A stretch of DNA of 64,000 bases from Bdellovibrionota bacterium (GCA_041391365.1 JAWKOC010000004.1:82804-146803), one strand, 5' to 3'; numbered from the stretch's first letter, positions 9,051 through 17,996 are shown. The notes: a model not told the origin generated them from the sequence alone. Program-made: numbers and translations.

Positions 9051-10313
9051 ATGATGTTTCGTAGCATACAATCAGCAGTGTTGATGCTCATCTGCGCATG
9101 GTTCTCTACTTCGGCGTGGGCGGAAGCCCGTGTTTCGGCCATGACCAAAGTGGATCAACCTGATCATATGGAGTTGACCATTTTTTTGTCGGAAGATGCC
9201 ACCTATTCGGTGGGGTTTTTGTCTGCAGAAAAAGGCATCCCCGACCGTATGTTTGTGGATTTTTCACAATCCACCTTGATCAATCCCATGGATGAAATGA
9301 TTTTGGCGGAAAATCCTTGGGTTTCTCGTGTGAGAATTGCACAGAACCAACCCCATCGTGTTCGTTTGGTGGTGGAGTTGAAACAAAAAAGCAGCCAAGG
9401 GGATTTTTCTTTTCACGCCAATGCCAATGGCGTTGTGATCTCCAGGGGCAGGTCTTCTTCGGAGACGATCGCTCAAGAGATCCAAACCCCAGCCCCAGGG
9501 ACTCCTCTTCCCGTGGTAAAAAAACCTGAGCCCTCCACACCGGTGGTGTTGCAGCCTCTGCCCAAAACTCATGCAGAAAAAAAAGTGTATACCATCATTG
9601 TGGATCCAGGTCATGGAGGCAAGCATCCAGGCGCCATCGGAAAGCGCGGAACCATGGAAAAACACATCACTTTGGAAATTGCCAAAAAACTTAGAGATCT
9701 GCTGCAAAAAACAACCCCACACAAAATTCTTATGACTCGGGAAAAAGATGAGTATGTGGATTTGCTTGATCGAACCAAGTTCGCCAATCGCATGCACGGA
9801 GATTTGTTTGTGTCGATTCATGCCAACTCTAGTCCAAAATCCACGGCCAAAGGTGTTTCTACCTATTTTCTCAACAATGCCGATGATGAAGAGTCTCTGC
9901 GTGTGGCTACACGTGAGAACGGTGAGCTCGATCCCAAAGCTTTCATGTCTCATTCGGAAAAGGAGGACAATTACTATTTGGAGATCATGAAAGCTTCGAT
10001 GATGAAAAATTTTCATACGAGCCAATCCACGGAGCTTGCACAAAATGTTCAGACGTCGATGATTGGAGCTCTCAACACCCGCTACCAAAATATTTTCAAT
10101 CGTGGGGTCAAAAGTGCTGGTTTGTATGTTCTTACGGGGGCAGAGATGCCAGCCATTTTGGTAGAGACATCGTTTATTTCCAATCCCGACGAAGAAAAAC
10201 GATTGAAAGATCCTACCTATCCACATTTTTTGGCCATGGCGATTCGTTCGGGCATTGTTGAGTTTTTGAAAGGGTATCAACCTTCTGGCGAAAAACACGC
10301 GTCTTTACATTAG
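9051..10313 (+). CDS. N-acetylmuramoyl-L-alanine amidase (Amidase_3) with N-terminal AMIN-like domain and signal peptide
   Basis: The ORF 9018..10313 has a signal peptide MMFRSIQSAVLMLICAWFSTSAWA starting at 9051. The catalytic region is IIVDPGHGGKHPGA...FVSIHANS...GLYVLTGAEMPAILVETSFISN. Confidence 0.85.
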   Translation: MMFRSIQSAVLMLICAWFSTSAWAEARVSAMTKVDQPDHMELTIFLSEDATYSVGFLSAEKGIPDRMFVDFSQSTLINPMDEMILAENPWVSRVRIAQNQPHRVRLVVELKQKSSQGDFSFHANANGVVISRGRSSSETIAQEIQTPAPGTPLPVVKKPEPSTPVVLQPLPKTHAEKKVYTIIVDPGHGGKHPGAIGKRGTMEKHITLEIAKKLRDLLQKTTPHKILMTREKDEYVDLLDRTKFANRMHGDLFVSIHANSSPKSTAKGVSTYFLNNADDEESLRVATRENGELDPKAFMSHSEKEDNYYLEIMKASMMKNFHTSQSTELAQNVQTSMIGALNTRYQNIFNRGVKSAGLYVLTGAEMPAILVETSFISNPDEEKRLKDPTYPHFLAMAIRSGIVEFLKGYQPSGEKHASLH

Positions 10314-10324
10314 AGATACTTTGC

Positions 10325-10797
10325 GCTCAATCGCCGCGGGGCTCCCCCGGGCGAGGCCGGAGACAAGGTTCGCACAGACGATCTTGATCCGTTGTGAAGT
10401 CCTCTGCAGGAAATGGCTCGCCGGCACTGCGGATCTTCACTGCAGAATCACCTGCTGCGCTTGAGTTTCCTTCCGAGGATTTCACAACGTACCCCATTTC
10501 ATCAGATGCAATGATCAGGGGAAAAAAGAAATAAAGAAAAAAAAGGAGATGCATGCCAAAGGCATGCATCATTGTTTCTTATTATTTTTTTTCTTCTTGT
10601 GCATGAAGCGAAGCATCTGAGAGGGGAAAGCATACGTTTCAAAGTTCTGGGAAAACTAAAGCACAGCCGGAAAGTCGATCGATCTTCTCTTGAGATCAGG
10701 CGAGCCATTTTCCCAGAACTTTGAAACGGGAGCTTACGCATGTCTGTGATGAGTGCCCCACCCGTCCTTGGCCGGGGGAGCCTTGCGGCGATTGAGC
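10325..10797 (+). repeat. Structured intergenic element, copy 2 (complete palindromic form)
   Basis: Termini 10325-10352 and 10770-10797 are complementary, including A:T at 10330/10792 where the other copies have G:C. It shares both left and right modules with copy 3. It lies between the convergent amidase stop (10311-10313) and the stop of ORF 10805..11248. Confidence 0.9.
10548..10570. terminator. Central hairpin of element copy 2; putative bidirectional intrinsic terminator
   Basis: GATGCATGCC-AAA-GGCATGCATC, preceded by GGGGAAAAAAGAAATAAAGAAAAAAAAGGA and followed by ATTGTTTCTTATTATTTTTTTTC. Confidence 0.55.
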
Positions 10798-10804
10798 GTA
10801 AAAT

Positions 10805-11248
10805 TTATTGACCGTTGGAAAGAGAAAAGACCTGTTCCATAGGGAGCAACTCCCCTTCGTTGCTGGAGCCGCCAGTTGTGGCCACAGAGATTTGCAATCT
10901 ATTGGACTCTGGGCAGGACTCCATGCCCATTTTCATCAACGATAGTTCGATGGAAGATGAACCGATGCGAACCACGCGCATGTCGAACTTTTCTACGGTT
11001 TCAAAATCGGTGTAAAAACTGATCTCCGCTCGTGGCAGCGAGTCCACGTCGTGGTCGAATCGAATGCGAAAAGCCATGCATGTATTGTCCGAAAGATCTG
11101 AAGAAGAGATGTTGGAAAATGACAGTAGCCTTGTATCGCTGAAGGTTACAGCCTTGGCCATGACCCAGGGAAGAGCTGCAGTGATCAGGATTCCAACAAT
11201 GGCCATCCATAGCCATTTTGAATTCTCCTTTTTTTTCGAGTACTGCAT
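10805..11248 (-). CDS. Hypothetical small exported/membrane-anchored protein
   Basis: 147-aa ORF with an N-terminal hydrophobic segment WLWMAIVGILITAALPWVMA. No recognisable domain. Confidence 0.6.
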   Translation of the reverse strand: MQYSKKKENSKWLWMAIVGILITAALPWVMAKAVTFSDTRLLSFSNISSSDLSDNTCMAFRIRFDHDVDSLPRAEISFYTDFETVEKFDMRVVRIGSSSIELSLMKMGMESCPESNRLQISVATTGGSSNEGELLPMEQVFSLSNGQ

Positions 11249-11314
11249 AATCTCTTTTTTTCAGGAAAGGTCGTGGGTGATAGATTTCACCCACGACCTT
11301 TCCTCAATTTTCTT

Positions 11315-12265
11315 TTAAAAACCGGTGATGGGTCCAAACGCCTCGCTGGTCACTTCGGTTTGTCCGGTGGTCATTTGAACATCCACATTGACCCCACTGC
11401 TGATGGAGAGATCAATTCCTGTTCCGCTAGGACCTGCATTGGTCAGTTGGTTTCCAGCTGAATCATAGGCTTGATTGACCACCAATCGATAGCTTCGACC
11501 CGAGGTGCAGTCTTCATACAAAGGTTTGACATACCAAACATCTACCTTGTCGAAAAAAACGGTTCCCACTTGCAGATACGATGCAGTGCTAGGATTGTTC
11601 CAGTTGCCAAAGGCTCCTTTGAAAAGCACATTGAATTGAGGCATAGATGCCAGACCTTCGTTGAACGTGACTCGGAAGTGTCCGAAGCAACCGGTGCCTT
11701 CTTTGATGCGCTCTATTTTTTTGATGTAGGGAGGATTGACAGGATCGTTGTTGTTGATGCCTCCACCGTTGGCTGCACCAACCCAGAAACGAATGCTTCC
11801 CGTGGTATAGATTCCACCAAAGAGTTGTCGACCAATTTGGTCATAAATGTTTTTGTTCAGTAGAACTTTGTACTCCCCGTTGCTCAAGACCACCGAGGAA
11901 CTCAATGACAACACGACCGTGTAATCACCATTGGTCAATACGGCTGGATCAAATTTGGAAGTTACATCATCTATGGTTCCATTGGTTGAGGTTCTTTCCA
12001 CTCGAATGTTGCTGCTCAAGCTGCTGGCGTCGACTTTTTCATTGAAGGTCAAATAAACTTTGGTGCCCTGGGCGGAGTTGTAGGCCGACTCATGCAAAGG
12101 GGAAGATTCCACAAGGTCAAAAATGTTTTGACCCAGGGATCCCTGCTGCCAAAATCCATTGGACGGAGATCCTGTGGTTCCGCAGGATGCCATGGCGATG
12201 GAAAGGAGACCAGCTCCGACCATGCGACTCATAGAAAAATACCATTTTTGCTCTGTTTTTTTCAT
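11315..12265 (-). CDS. Hypothetical lipoprotein with Ig-like (SbsA/Big_5-like) N-terminal domain; paralog of 12391..13494
   Basis: 316-aa ORF with the lipobox LSIAMASC. The segment SSPLHESAYNSAQGTKVYLTFNEKVDASSLSSNIRV resembles bacterial Ig-like domains. Blocks shared with the neighbour are FWVG..GGGI, G.FGC.G, CTSGRSYRLVVNQAYDSAGN, and the C-terminus SEAFGPITGF. Confidence 0.7.
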   Translation of the reverse strand: MKKTEQKWYFSMSRMVGAGLLSIAMASCGTTGSPSNGFWQQGSLGQNIFDLVESSPLHESAYNSAQGTKVYLTFNEKVDASSLSSNIRVERTSTNGTIDDVTSKFDPAVLTNGDYTVVLSLSSSVVLSNGEYKVLLNKNIYDQIGRQLFGGIYTTGSIRFWVGAANGGGINNNDPVNPPYIKKIERIKEGTGCFGHFRVTFNEGLASMPQFNVLFKGAFGNWNNPSTASYLQVGTVFFDKVDVWYVKPLYEDCTSGRSYRLVVNQAYDSAGNQLTNAGPSGTGIDLSISSGVNVDVQMTTGQTEVTSEAFGPITGF

Positions 12266-12390
12266 CGTACCCCTAGAATTAGCAACTCTTGTGCCAACTT
12301 CTCTCTTTGTAACTTATTAAAATCATAGGACGAAAGAAGATGTTGCCGAGTGTTTCTGCGGCTTTGATGTCCATCCCCCTCCCATGGTTT

Positions 12391-13494
12391 CTACAACCCT
12401 AGAAAGGGTCCAAAGGTCTCACTCTCGGTAAAAAGGGACCCATTTGAGATCACAGAGTCAGCATCGACTCCCGTATGAGGCTGACTTTGTCCAACACCGT
12501 ACGCGGAAAGATCGTGACCATTTTTGTTTTCTGTTTTGGGAAAATCATCGCTTGGATCGTTGGGTGTTCCATTGTCATCGATGATTTGAACACCATTGGC
12601 ATCCAACACAGGTAGTACAATCGTGCTAGACATGGTATTGCCGTCGATGTCGGTGGCCGAATCAATCACCAGACGATAGGCTCTTCCCGGAATGCAAGAT
12701 CCATAGCCAATCGGTAGATAGGCATGCCAGGATTTTTGACTCAACAAATCTGTGGTTCCAATGCTGTGAGGGGTAAGCGTGTTTACGTTTTGCCATTTTT
12801 TGTATTCAGTATCGTTGTTCAGGCCAAGATACGCATCTTTGTATTTGAAATACATGACAGGAGGAGACTCAAGGCTCTCGTTGAAATTGACCACCACCAT
12901 CAAACCATTGCAGCCAAAATTGCCCAATTTTCGTTTCACGATGCTCACCGCATGAGGTGGATGGGTGGGGTCGTTGGCAATTCCCCCTCCAAAAGGTGAT
13001 CCTACCCAAAAATTGAGTTTGATTTCACTATATTTTTGATCCGCCAAAAATGAGCCATAGGTATCGCGAACATAGGAGTTCATGGTTGTGATGTATTTGG
13101 CCGCCGGCAGCGTTTGACCTTGGTGGACGGTGTAAATCAGAGATCTTCCATCGCTGGAAAGGGTTGGAGGAGAATTGAAGAGGCTGGTGGTCACTTCTTG
13201 ATTGATGATGGATGTTCCGATGTTGGGAGAGGTTTCCTGATAAATTCGGATGTTTCCATCGACGGTGCTTGGATCTACTGCCGAGTTGAAGGTCAGAACC
13301 AGTGTGGTTTGCCCGCTGTTGTAGGTGGAGTTGTGGAAAGGAGAAACTGCAATGACATCGAAAACAAAAGGGGACCCATCCTCGTTGAAGCGATTTTGAC
13401 GGCTTTCCGAGCCGCAGCTCGTGAGCAGGCAGACACTCAAAAGGGTGAAAAACAAGCGTGAATCACGAAGGGGGGATGTAATATTACGCAGCAT
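12391..13494 (-). CDS. Hypothetical lipoprotein, paralog of 11315..12265
   Basis: ORF 12391..13530. The likely start is the ATG at 13494 (MLRNITSPL...), with the lipobox LLTSC. It has the same conserved blocks as its neighbour: SPFHNSTYNSGQTTLVLTFNSAVDPSTVDGNIRI, FWVGSPFGGGI, CIPGRAYRLVIDSATDIDGN, and the C-terminus SETFGPFLGL. Confidence 0.7.
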   Translation of the reverse strand: MLRNITSPLRDSRLFFTLLSVCLLTSCGSESRQNRFNEDGSPFVFDVIAVSPFHNSTYNSGQTTLVLTFNSAVDPSTVDGNIRIYQETSPNIGTSIINQEVTTSLFNSPPTLSSDGRSLIYTVHQGQTLPAAKYITTMNSYVRDTYGSFLADQKYSEIKLNFWVGSPFGGGIANDPTHPPHAVSIVKRKLGNFGCNGLMVVVNFNESLESPPVMYFKYKDAYLGLNNDTEYKKWQNVNTLTPHSIGTTDLLSQKSWHAYLPIGYGSCIPGRAYRLVIDSATDIDGNTMSSTIVLPVLDANGVQIIDDNGTPNDPSDDFPKTENKNGHDLSAYGVGQSQPHTGVDADSVISNGSLFTESETFGPFLGL

Positions 13495-13602
13495 GTCTGA
13501 CCTTATATTCCAGGATTTTGTCGAGTGCAAGTGAATAAATGTGTGACTTTACTAACTTATTGATTTTATTTCATTATGTTATTTCGCAAAATGTTAAAAG
13601 GT

Positions 13603-14071
13603 GCTCAGTCGCCGCAAGGCTCCCCCGGCCGAAGCCGGAGATAAGGGTCTCACAGACGATCTTGATCCGTTGTGAAGTCCTCGGCAGGAAATGGCTCGCC
13701 GGAACTGCAAATCTTCACTGCAGAATCACCTGCTGCGCTTGAGTTTCCTTCCGAGGATTTCACAACGTGTCCCATTTCATCAGATGCAATGATCAGGAGA
13801 AAAAAGAAAAAAAGAGGAGATGCATGCCATGGGCATGCATCATTGTTTCTTATTATTACTTTTTTTCTTCTTGTGCATGAAGCGAAGAATCTGAGAGGGG
13901 AAAGCTCCCGTTTCGAAGTTCTGGGAAAACTAAAGCGCAGCCCGGAAGTCGATTGATCTTCTCTTGAGATCAGGCGAGCCATTTTCCCAGAACTTCGAAA
14001 CGGGAGCTTACGCATGTCTGTGATGAGTGCCCCACCCGTCCTTGGCCGGGGGAGCCTTGCGGCGACTGAGC
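13603..14071 (+). repeat. Structured intergenic element, copy 3 (complete palindromic form)
   Basis: Termini 13603-13630 and 14044-14071 are complementary. The right-arm hairpin 13904-13929/13982-14007 is a 26-bp perfect stem. The right terminus ends 1 nt from the stop codon (14073-14075) of ORF 14073..15101. Confidence 0.9.
13819..13841. terminator. Central hairpin of element copy 3; putative bidirectional intrinsic terminator
   Basis: GATGCATGCC-ATG-GGCATGCATC with an A-tract upstream and ATTGTTTCTTATTATTACTTTTTTTC downstream. It is placed to terminate the minus-strand gene 14073..15101. Confidence 0.5.
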
Positions 14072-14072
14072 A

Positions 14073-15101
14073 TTACTCTTTGGGATCCAAAAAAACTTCT
14101 GTGGCTTCGGAAGATGGATCGGATGCAGGTTTTCTTTCAATCAAAGGAATCAAAACGATGGCTACGCTACAAAACATGAGAAACCCCAAAGGAAATGCCC
14201 ATAGCAAAACAAATGGATTTCGATTTTTCACCACTTCCAAGGTTTGAGGAAGCTTCTTCAGCTGGAATGTTCTGAAATCTTCCAAATATTCCTGGCTTTC
14301 TTGGCCCAGCACGTTTTTCCACTGGTACATCTCCGATTCCAAATCGTTGATGCTGTTTTCAGTTTCACTGATTTTGGCTTCGATCTCTTGATACCGTTTG
14401 AGCTGGCTTTGCTTGGGGCCAATCTTAGTTTCGATCTCCTCAATTTTTGGCGTGAGCTTTTCAATTTGTGCATGCGCTTGGGTCAATTGCGTTTGAAAGG
14501 AGTTCTCTTCTCCTTTTTCCATCAATCTTGCCATCACGCTCAGCTGTGCTTGCCTGAGTCGAAGATTCTCTTTCAAGTTGGTGAGTTTTCGGTCTTCTCG
14601 ATCCACTTCTTCTTCCACCTCATAAAAATCGATGTCGATGTCTTGGAGTTGGATTTCAAGCAAACTCAGATCGGTGGATCGATCTATGATTTCCTGATTG
14701 AGTTGGTCCACTCGCTCGTTGGCGATGTCTCTATGGATCATTCCCAATGTGGAAGGGAGAACAGAAGAAAACACATGTTCTACAGCCCCGCGCTGACTTC
14801 GATTCTGTGCAATGGCTTTGCAAGACGCTGTAGGACTGTTGAGAGATTTTTTGCAAATCAGATGAGTCTCATCAAAAGGAGGGTAAATCATGCGAATGCT
14901 TTCAAGAGCCACAGATTGAATGTTGTTTTCAATCTGATCTTGAGAAATTTCAGGAGTGATTCCCACCAATCCGTAGTGATGACCCACCCAATAACTTTGA
15001 GGGATCAAAAGATAGCACAGATAGGAAAACGACAATGCAAAGAACACCGCAAGGCTAAAAAAAATCGAATGATCAACTTTGTCGTGCATACCGTTGTACA
15101 A
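14073..15101 (-). CDS. Hypothetical bitopic coiled-coil membrane protein
   Basis: 342-aa ORF with N-terminal (IFFSLAVFFALSFSYLCYLLI) and C-terminal (FVLLWAFPLGFLMFCSVAIVLIPLI) hydrophobic helices. These flank a long heptad-like E/K/Q-rich region. Confidence 0.65.
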   Translation of the reverse strand: MYNGMHDKVDHSIFFSLAVFFALSFSYLCYLLIPQSYWVGHHYGLVGITPEISQDQIENNIQSVALESIRMIYPPFDETHLICKKSLNSPTASCKAIAQNRSQRGAVEHVFSSVLPSTLGMIHRDIANERVDQLNQEIIDRSTDLSLLEIQLQDIDIDFYEVEEEVDREDRKLTNLKENLRLRQAQLSVMARLMEKGEENSFQTQLTQAHAQIEKLTPKIEEIETKIGPKQSQLKRYQEIEAKISETENSINDLESEMYQWKNVLGQESQEYLEDFRTFQLKKLPQTLEVVKNRNPFVLLWAFPLGFLMFCSVAIVLIPLIERKPASDPSSEATEVFLDPKE

Positions 15102-16626
15102 AATAACTCAAAGCGGGCCAAAAAAACAGTCCCAGAATGATCATCAGTGCCAGATGAGGAAATCGCACATAAAAGGTTTTGTAGGTATTGGGATGAAGGG
15201 TGGCCGTTTTGGTCCCCTGTTCAAAAAAAGGCGTTTGATTTTGGATTTCCCCAATCACGGTATAGCTGGCAGAAACTCCTGTATTGGCGGATCGCACGAT
15301 TTCTTTTCGGGTTTCAATGGCTCGGAAGGCTCCAAAACGCAGATGCTGATAGGGGCCGGAACTGTTGTTAAACCAGGCGTCGTTGGTAATGTTGACAAAA
15401 AATTCACTTCCTTGCTTCGCTGCCTGCCTAGCCAGCTCTGGAAACAACACTTCGTAGCAGATCAAGGTCGAAAACCGATGATCGTTCACCGAAAAAAAAG
15501 TGAGCTGATCCGCGGCTTCAAAATCGCCGGCAATTGCGGGGATCCATCGTTGCAGAATGGGCACAAGAGGAACATATTCACCAAAAGGGACCAAGTGTCG
15601 TTTGTCGTATCGACTGAGAATGGTGCCTTGATCATCAACCAAAAAAGCAGAGTTGAAATAACTGTTTTGACTGTGCATGTTTTGCCAGCTTACAGCTCCA
15701 ATCACGTGGAATGCATCAGGGGCATATTGATTCAAAAAGGGAAAAGCTTTGACCTGATCCGAAACCGTCTGTGGCAAGGCGGCCTCTGGCCATACGATCA
15801 AATCCACGTGACTCGAATCAAAATTGGACAACAGATCAAAGTATCGCTGATACATGATTGGACCTGCCCCTTTTGAGAGTCGCACATCTTGGGAAATGTT
15901 GGGTTGAAGGTAGGCCACCTCAAGGACATTTTTCGAGGTCTCAGATTGCCATCGATGAATTTGATAGAATCCATAGAGATGAATCACGATCATCGAACCC
16001 ACCAACATTCCCACGGTTTTCGTTAGAGTTTTTGCTTTTCCTTGAATCCACATCTCCATCGCAAAGACCACATGGGTGGAGAAAAGAAAAAACAAAAACG
16101 TAAGCCCCAGGGTTCCGATCACATCGATGATCTGAATCAACGGCAGGTCACTGTACAATCCATAACTTGGAACGATCCATGGAAAACCACCAACAGGGAA
16201 AAATGAAAACACATATTCAGCCATCGTCAAAGCTGCTGCTGTCCACACTCTGGGGTAGGGACCACGATAGTTTCCGATCCAATAGAAGGGGATGGATAAG
16301 ACCAGTGCGCGAACCACGATGATCAAAATCAATGCCATGGTCGCGAGAAAAACATTCAAGTCACCATACTGACGCATGGAAATGAAAATCCAATACAAGG
16401 TTCCCAGACCACTGATCGCATGAAAAACAAATCCCCACATCCAACTTTGTCGGGGTGTAGATCGAGAGCTCAAGAACAACATCGGAAGAAAAGAAATCAA
16501 GGTGAATACGTGCGTATACGATTGATTCCACCAGGGGTGGGTCCCAAAAGCCATGGGAAAACTCAAAATGTACAAAATCGAGCTACAAACGCAAAGTGCG
16601 AACCTATAGGACTTGTTGAATTTCAT
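15073..16626 (-). CDS. lnt: Apolipoprotein N-acyltransferase
   Basis: ORF 15073..16650. It has a polytopic N-terminal half followed by a CN-hydrolase domain with VWPEAALP and the catalytic-Cys motif STLICYEVLFPE. The likely start is MKFNKSYRF at 16626. Confidence 0.85.
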   Translation of the reverse strand: MKFNKSYRFALCVCSSILYILSFPMAFGTHPWWNQSYTHVFTLISFLPMLFLSSRSTPRQSWMWGFVFHAISGLGTLYWIFISMRQYGDLNVFLATMALILIIVVRALVLSIPFYWIGNYRGPYPRVWTAAALTMAEYVFSFFPVGGFPWIVPSYGLYSDLPLIQIIDVIGTLGLTFLFFLFSTHVVFAMEMWIQGKAKTLTKTVGMLVGSMIVIHLYGFYQIHRWQSETSKNVLEVAYLQPNISQDVRLSKGAGPIMYQRYFDLLSNFDSSHVDLIVWPEAALPQTVSDQVKAFPFLNQYAPDAFHVIGAVSWQNMHSQNSYFNSAFLVDDQGTILSRYDKRHLVPFGEYVPLVPILQRWIPAIAGDFEAADQLTFFSVNDHRFSTLICYEVLFPELARQAAKQGSEFFVNITNDAWFNNSSGPYQHLRFGAFRAIETRKEIVRSANTGVSASYTVIGEIQNQTPFFEQGTKTATLHPNTYKTFYVRFPHLALMIILGLFFWPALSYFVQRYARQS

Positions 16627-17059
16627 CGAGCAACTGGCCTTGCAATGCAAACATTACTTTTTCTTGTTGCAAAGTAACGTGATCATAGCCAAGAAGGTGC
16701 AAAAGTCCATGAATCGCGAGCAATCGATATTCATCTTTGATCCGTTGGTTTTTTTCACGTGCTTGTCGTACGGTGGTTTCTTTTGAGATGATGATGTCGC
16801 CCAAAAATCTCCAGCCATCCATGTGTTCATCCTGTGAAAAACTTAAAACGTCTGTGGGTTTATCTTTATTTCGATATTCTCGATTGAGTTCTTGGATTTG
16901 TTGATCGTCAACGATGGCCACAGAAATTTCTACATGAGATAGACCAAGAATATGCAATGCTCTGAGCAGAGTTGCTTCAAGGTCTTTTTTGCGTGCGCTC
17001 TGGGGTCTTGTATCTTGGACGAGAATCCGGTTGGTCTTTGTCCTACCGCTGCGTTTCAT
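16604..17059 (-). CDS. ybeY: rRNA maturation endoribonuclease YbeY
   Basis: The ORF 16604..17110 contains the zinc motif HGLLHLLGYDH and DVLSFS. The start is uncertain; 17059 (MKRSG) would overlap the phoH stop. Confidence 0.85.
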   Translation of the reverse strand: MKRSGRTKTNRILVQDTRPQSARKKDLEATLLRALHILGLSHVEISVAIVDDQQIQELNREYRNKDKPTDVLSFSQDEHMDGWRFLGDIIISKETTVRQAREKNQRIKDEYRLLAIHGLLHLLGYDHVTLQQEKVMFALQGQLLDEIQQVL

Positions 17060-17996
17060 GACTTTCGTAGGCGTTGATGATTTTTTGGACCAGTTTGTGT
17101 CGGACAACATCTTCGGACGTAAATTTTACAAAGCCAATCTCATCAATGTCTTTCAAAATATTCAGTGCGTGAACGAGTCCAGAGCTTTGTCCTCTAGGCA
17201 AATCGATTTGGGTGATATCTCCTGTGACCACGGCACGGGAGTCTTTTCCCAGTCGAGTCAAAAACATTTTCATTTGTTCGATCGTGGTATTCTGAGCTTC
17301 ATCGAGAACCACAAAAGCTTGGCTCAACGTTCTTCCTCTCATGAATGCCAAAGGTGCCACTTCGATCACATCGGTTTCAATCATACGTTTGACTCGTTCT
17401 CCATCAAACATGTCGAACAGGGCATCGTACAATGGTCGCAGATAGGGGTTCACCTTTTCAACCATATCGCCCGGCAAAAAACCCAATTTTTCCCCCGCTT
17501 CTACCGCCGGCCGAGTCAATATAATCCGTTTGACCTGTTTGGTGATCAAGGCTTTGGCGGCCATCGCCATGGCAAGGTAGGTTTTTCCCGTTCCTGCAGG
17601 ACCCCACCCAAAGACAATGTCTTTTTGTTCGATCGTTTTGATGTACAGACTTTGATTTTGAGTCTTGGCTACAATGTCAGTCCCTTTTTTGGAAACGGGT
17701 ACAGAGGTTTCAAGCATCTCGGAGAGTTGTCCGTGAGGAGACTTTTTCACCTGTTTGCAAGCTTGCTCGACATCTGAGCTTGTCAGAGTATGGCCATGTT
17801 CAACATACTGATAAAGTCCATGCAATGCTTTCTGTGCCATTTCAACTTGGGCATCTGGTCCTTTGAGATGGAGGCTTGTGCCTCGGATCTGAATGTCGAT
17901 GTCAAAAAAATGTTCGATCAAAATGATGTTGGAGTCTTGCTGTCCAAACAGAACTCGTGCGATTTCAGAATTTTCAAAGTCTAAGGTTTTGTTCAT
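17043..17996 (-). CDS. phoH: PhoH-like ATPase (YbeZ)
   Basis: 317-aa ORF with the Walker A motif GPAGTGKTYLAMAMA and the Walker B-like FVVLDEAQN. The order phoH-ybeY-lnt is conserved. Confidence 0.9.
   Translation of the reverse strand: MNKTLDFENSEIARVLFGQQDSNIILIEHFFDIDIQIRGTSLHLKGPDAQVEMAQKALHGLYQYVEHGHTLTSSDVEQACKQVKKSPHGQLSEMLETSVPVSKKGTDIVAKTQNQSLYIKTIEQKDIVFGWGPAGTGKTYLAMAMAAKALITKQVKRIILTRPAVEAGEKLGFLPGDMVEKVNPYLRPLYDALFDMFDGERVKRMIETDVIEVAPLAFMRGRTLSQAFVVLDEAQNTTIEQMKMFLTRLGKDSRAVVTGDITQIDLPRGQSSGLVHALNILKDIDEIGFVKFTSEDVVRHKLVQKIINAYESHETQR

Noticed and set aside
4527-14071. The three repeat copies considered as a CRISPR array, retron, group II intron or IS element
   Set aside because: The units are ~460 bp and kilobases apart, not short repeats with spacers. 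There is no RT, Cas or transposase ORF within or beside them. There are no GUGYG...AY intron ends and no msr/msd-like layout next to an RT.
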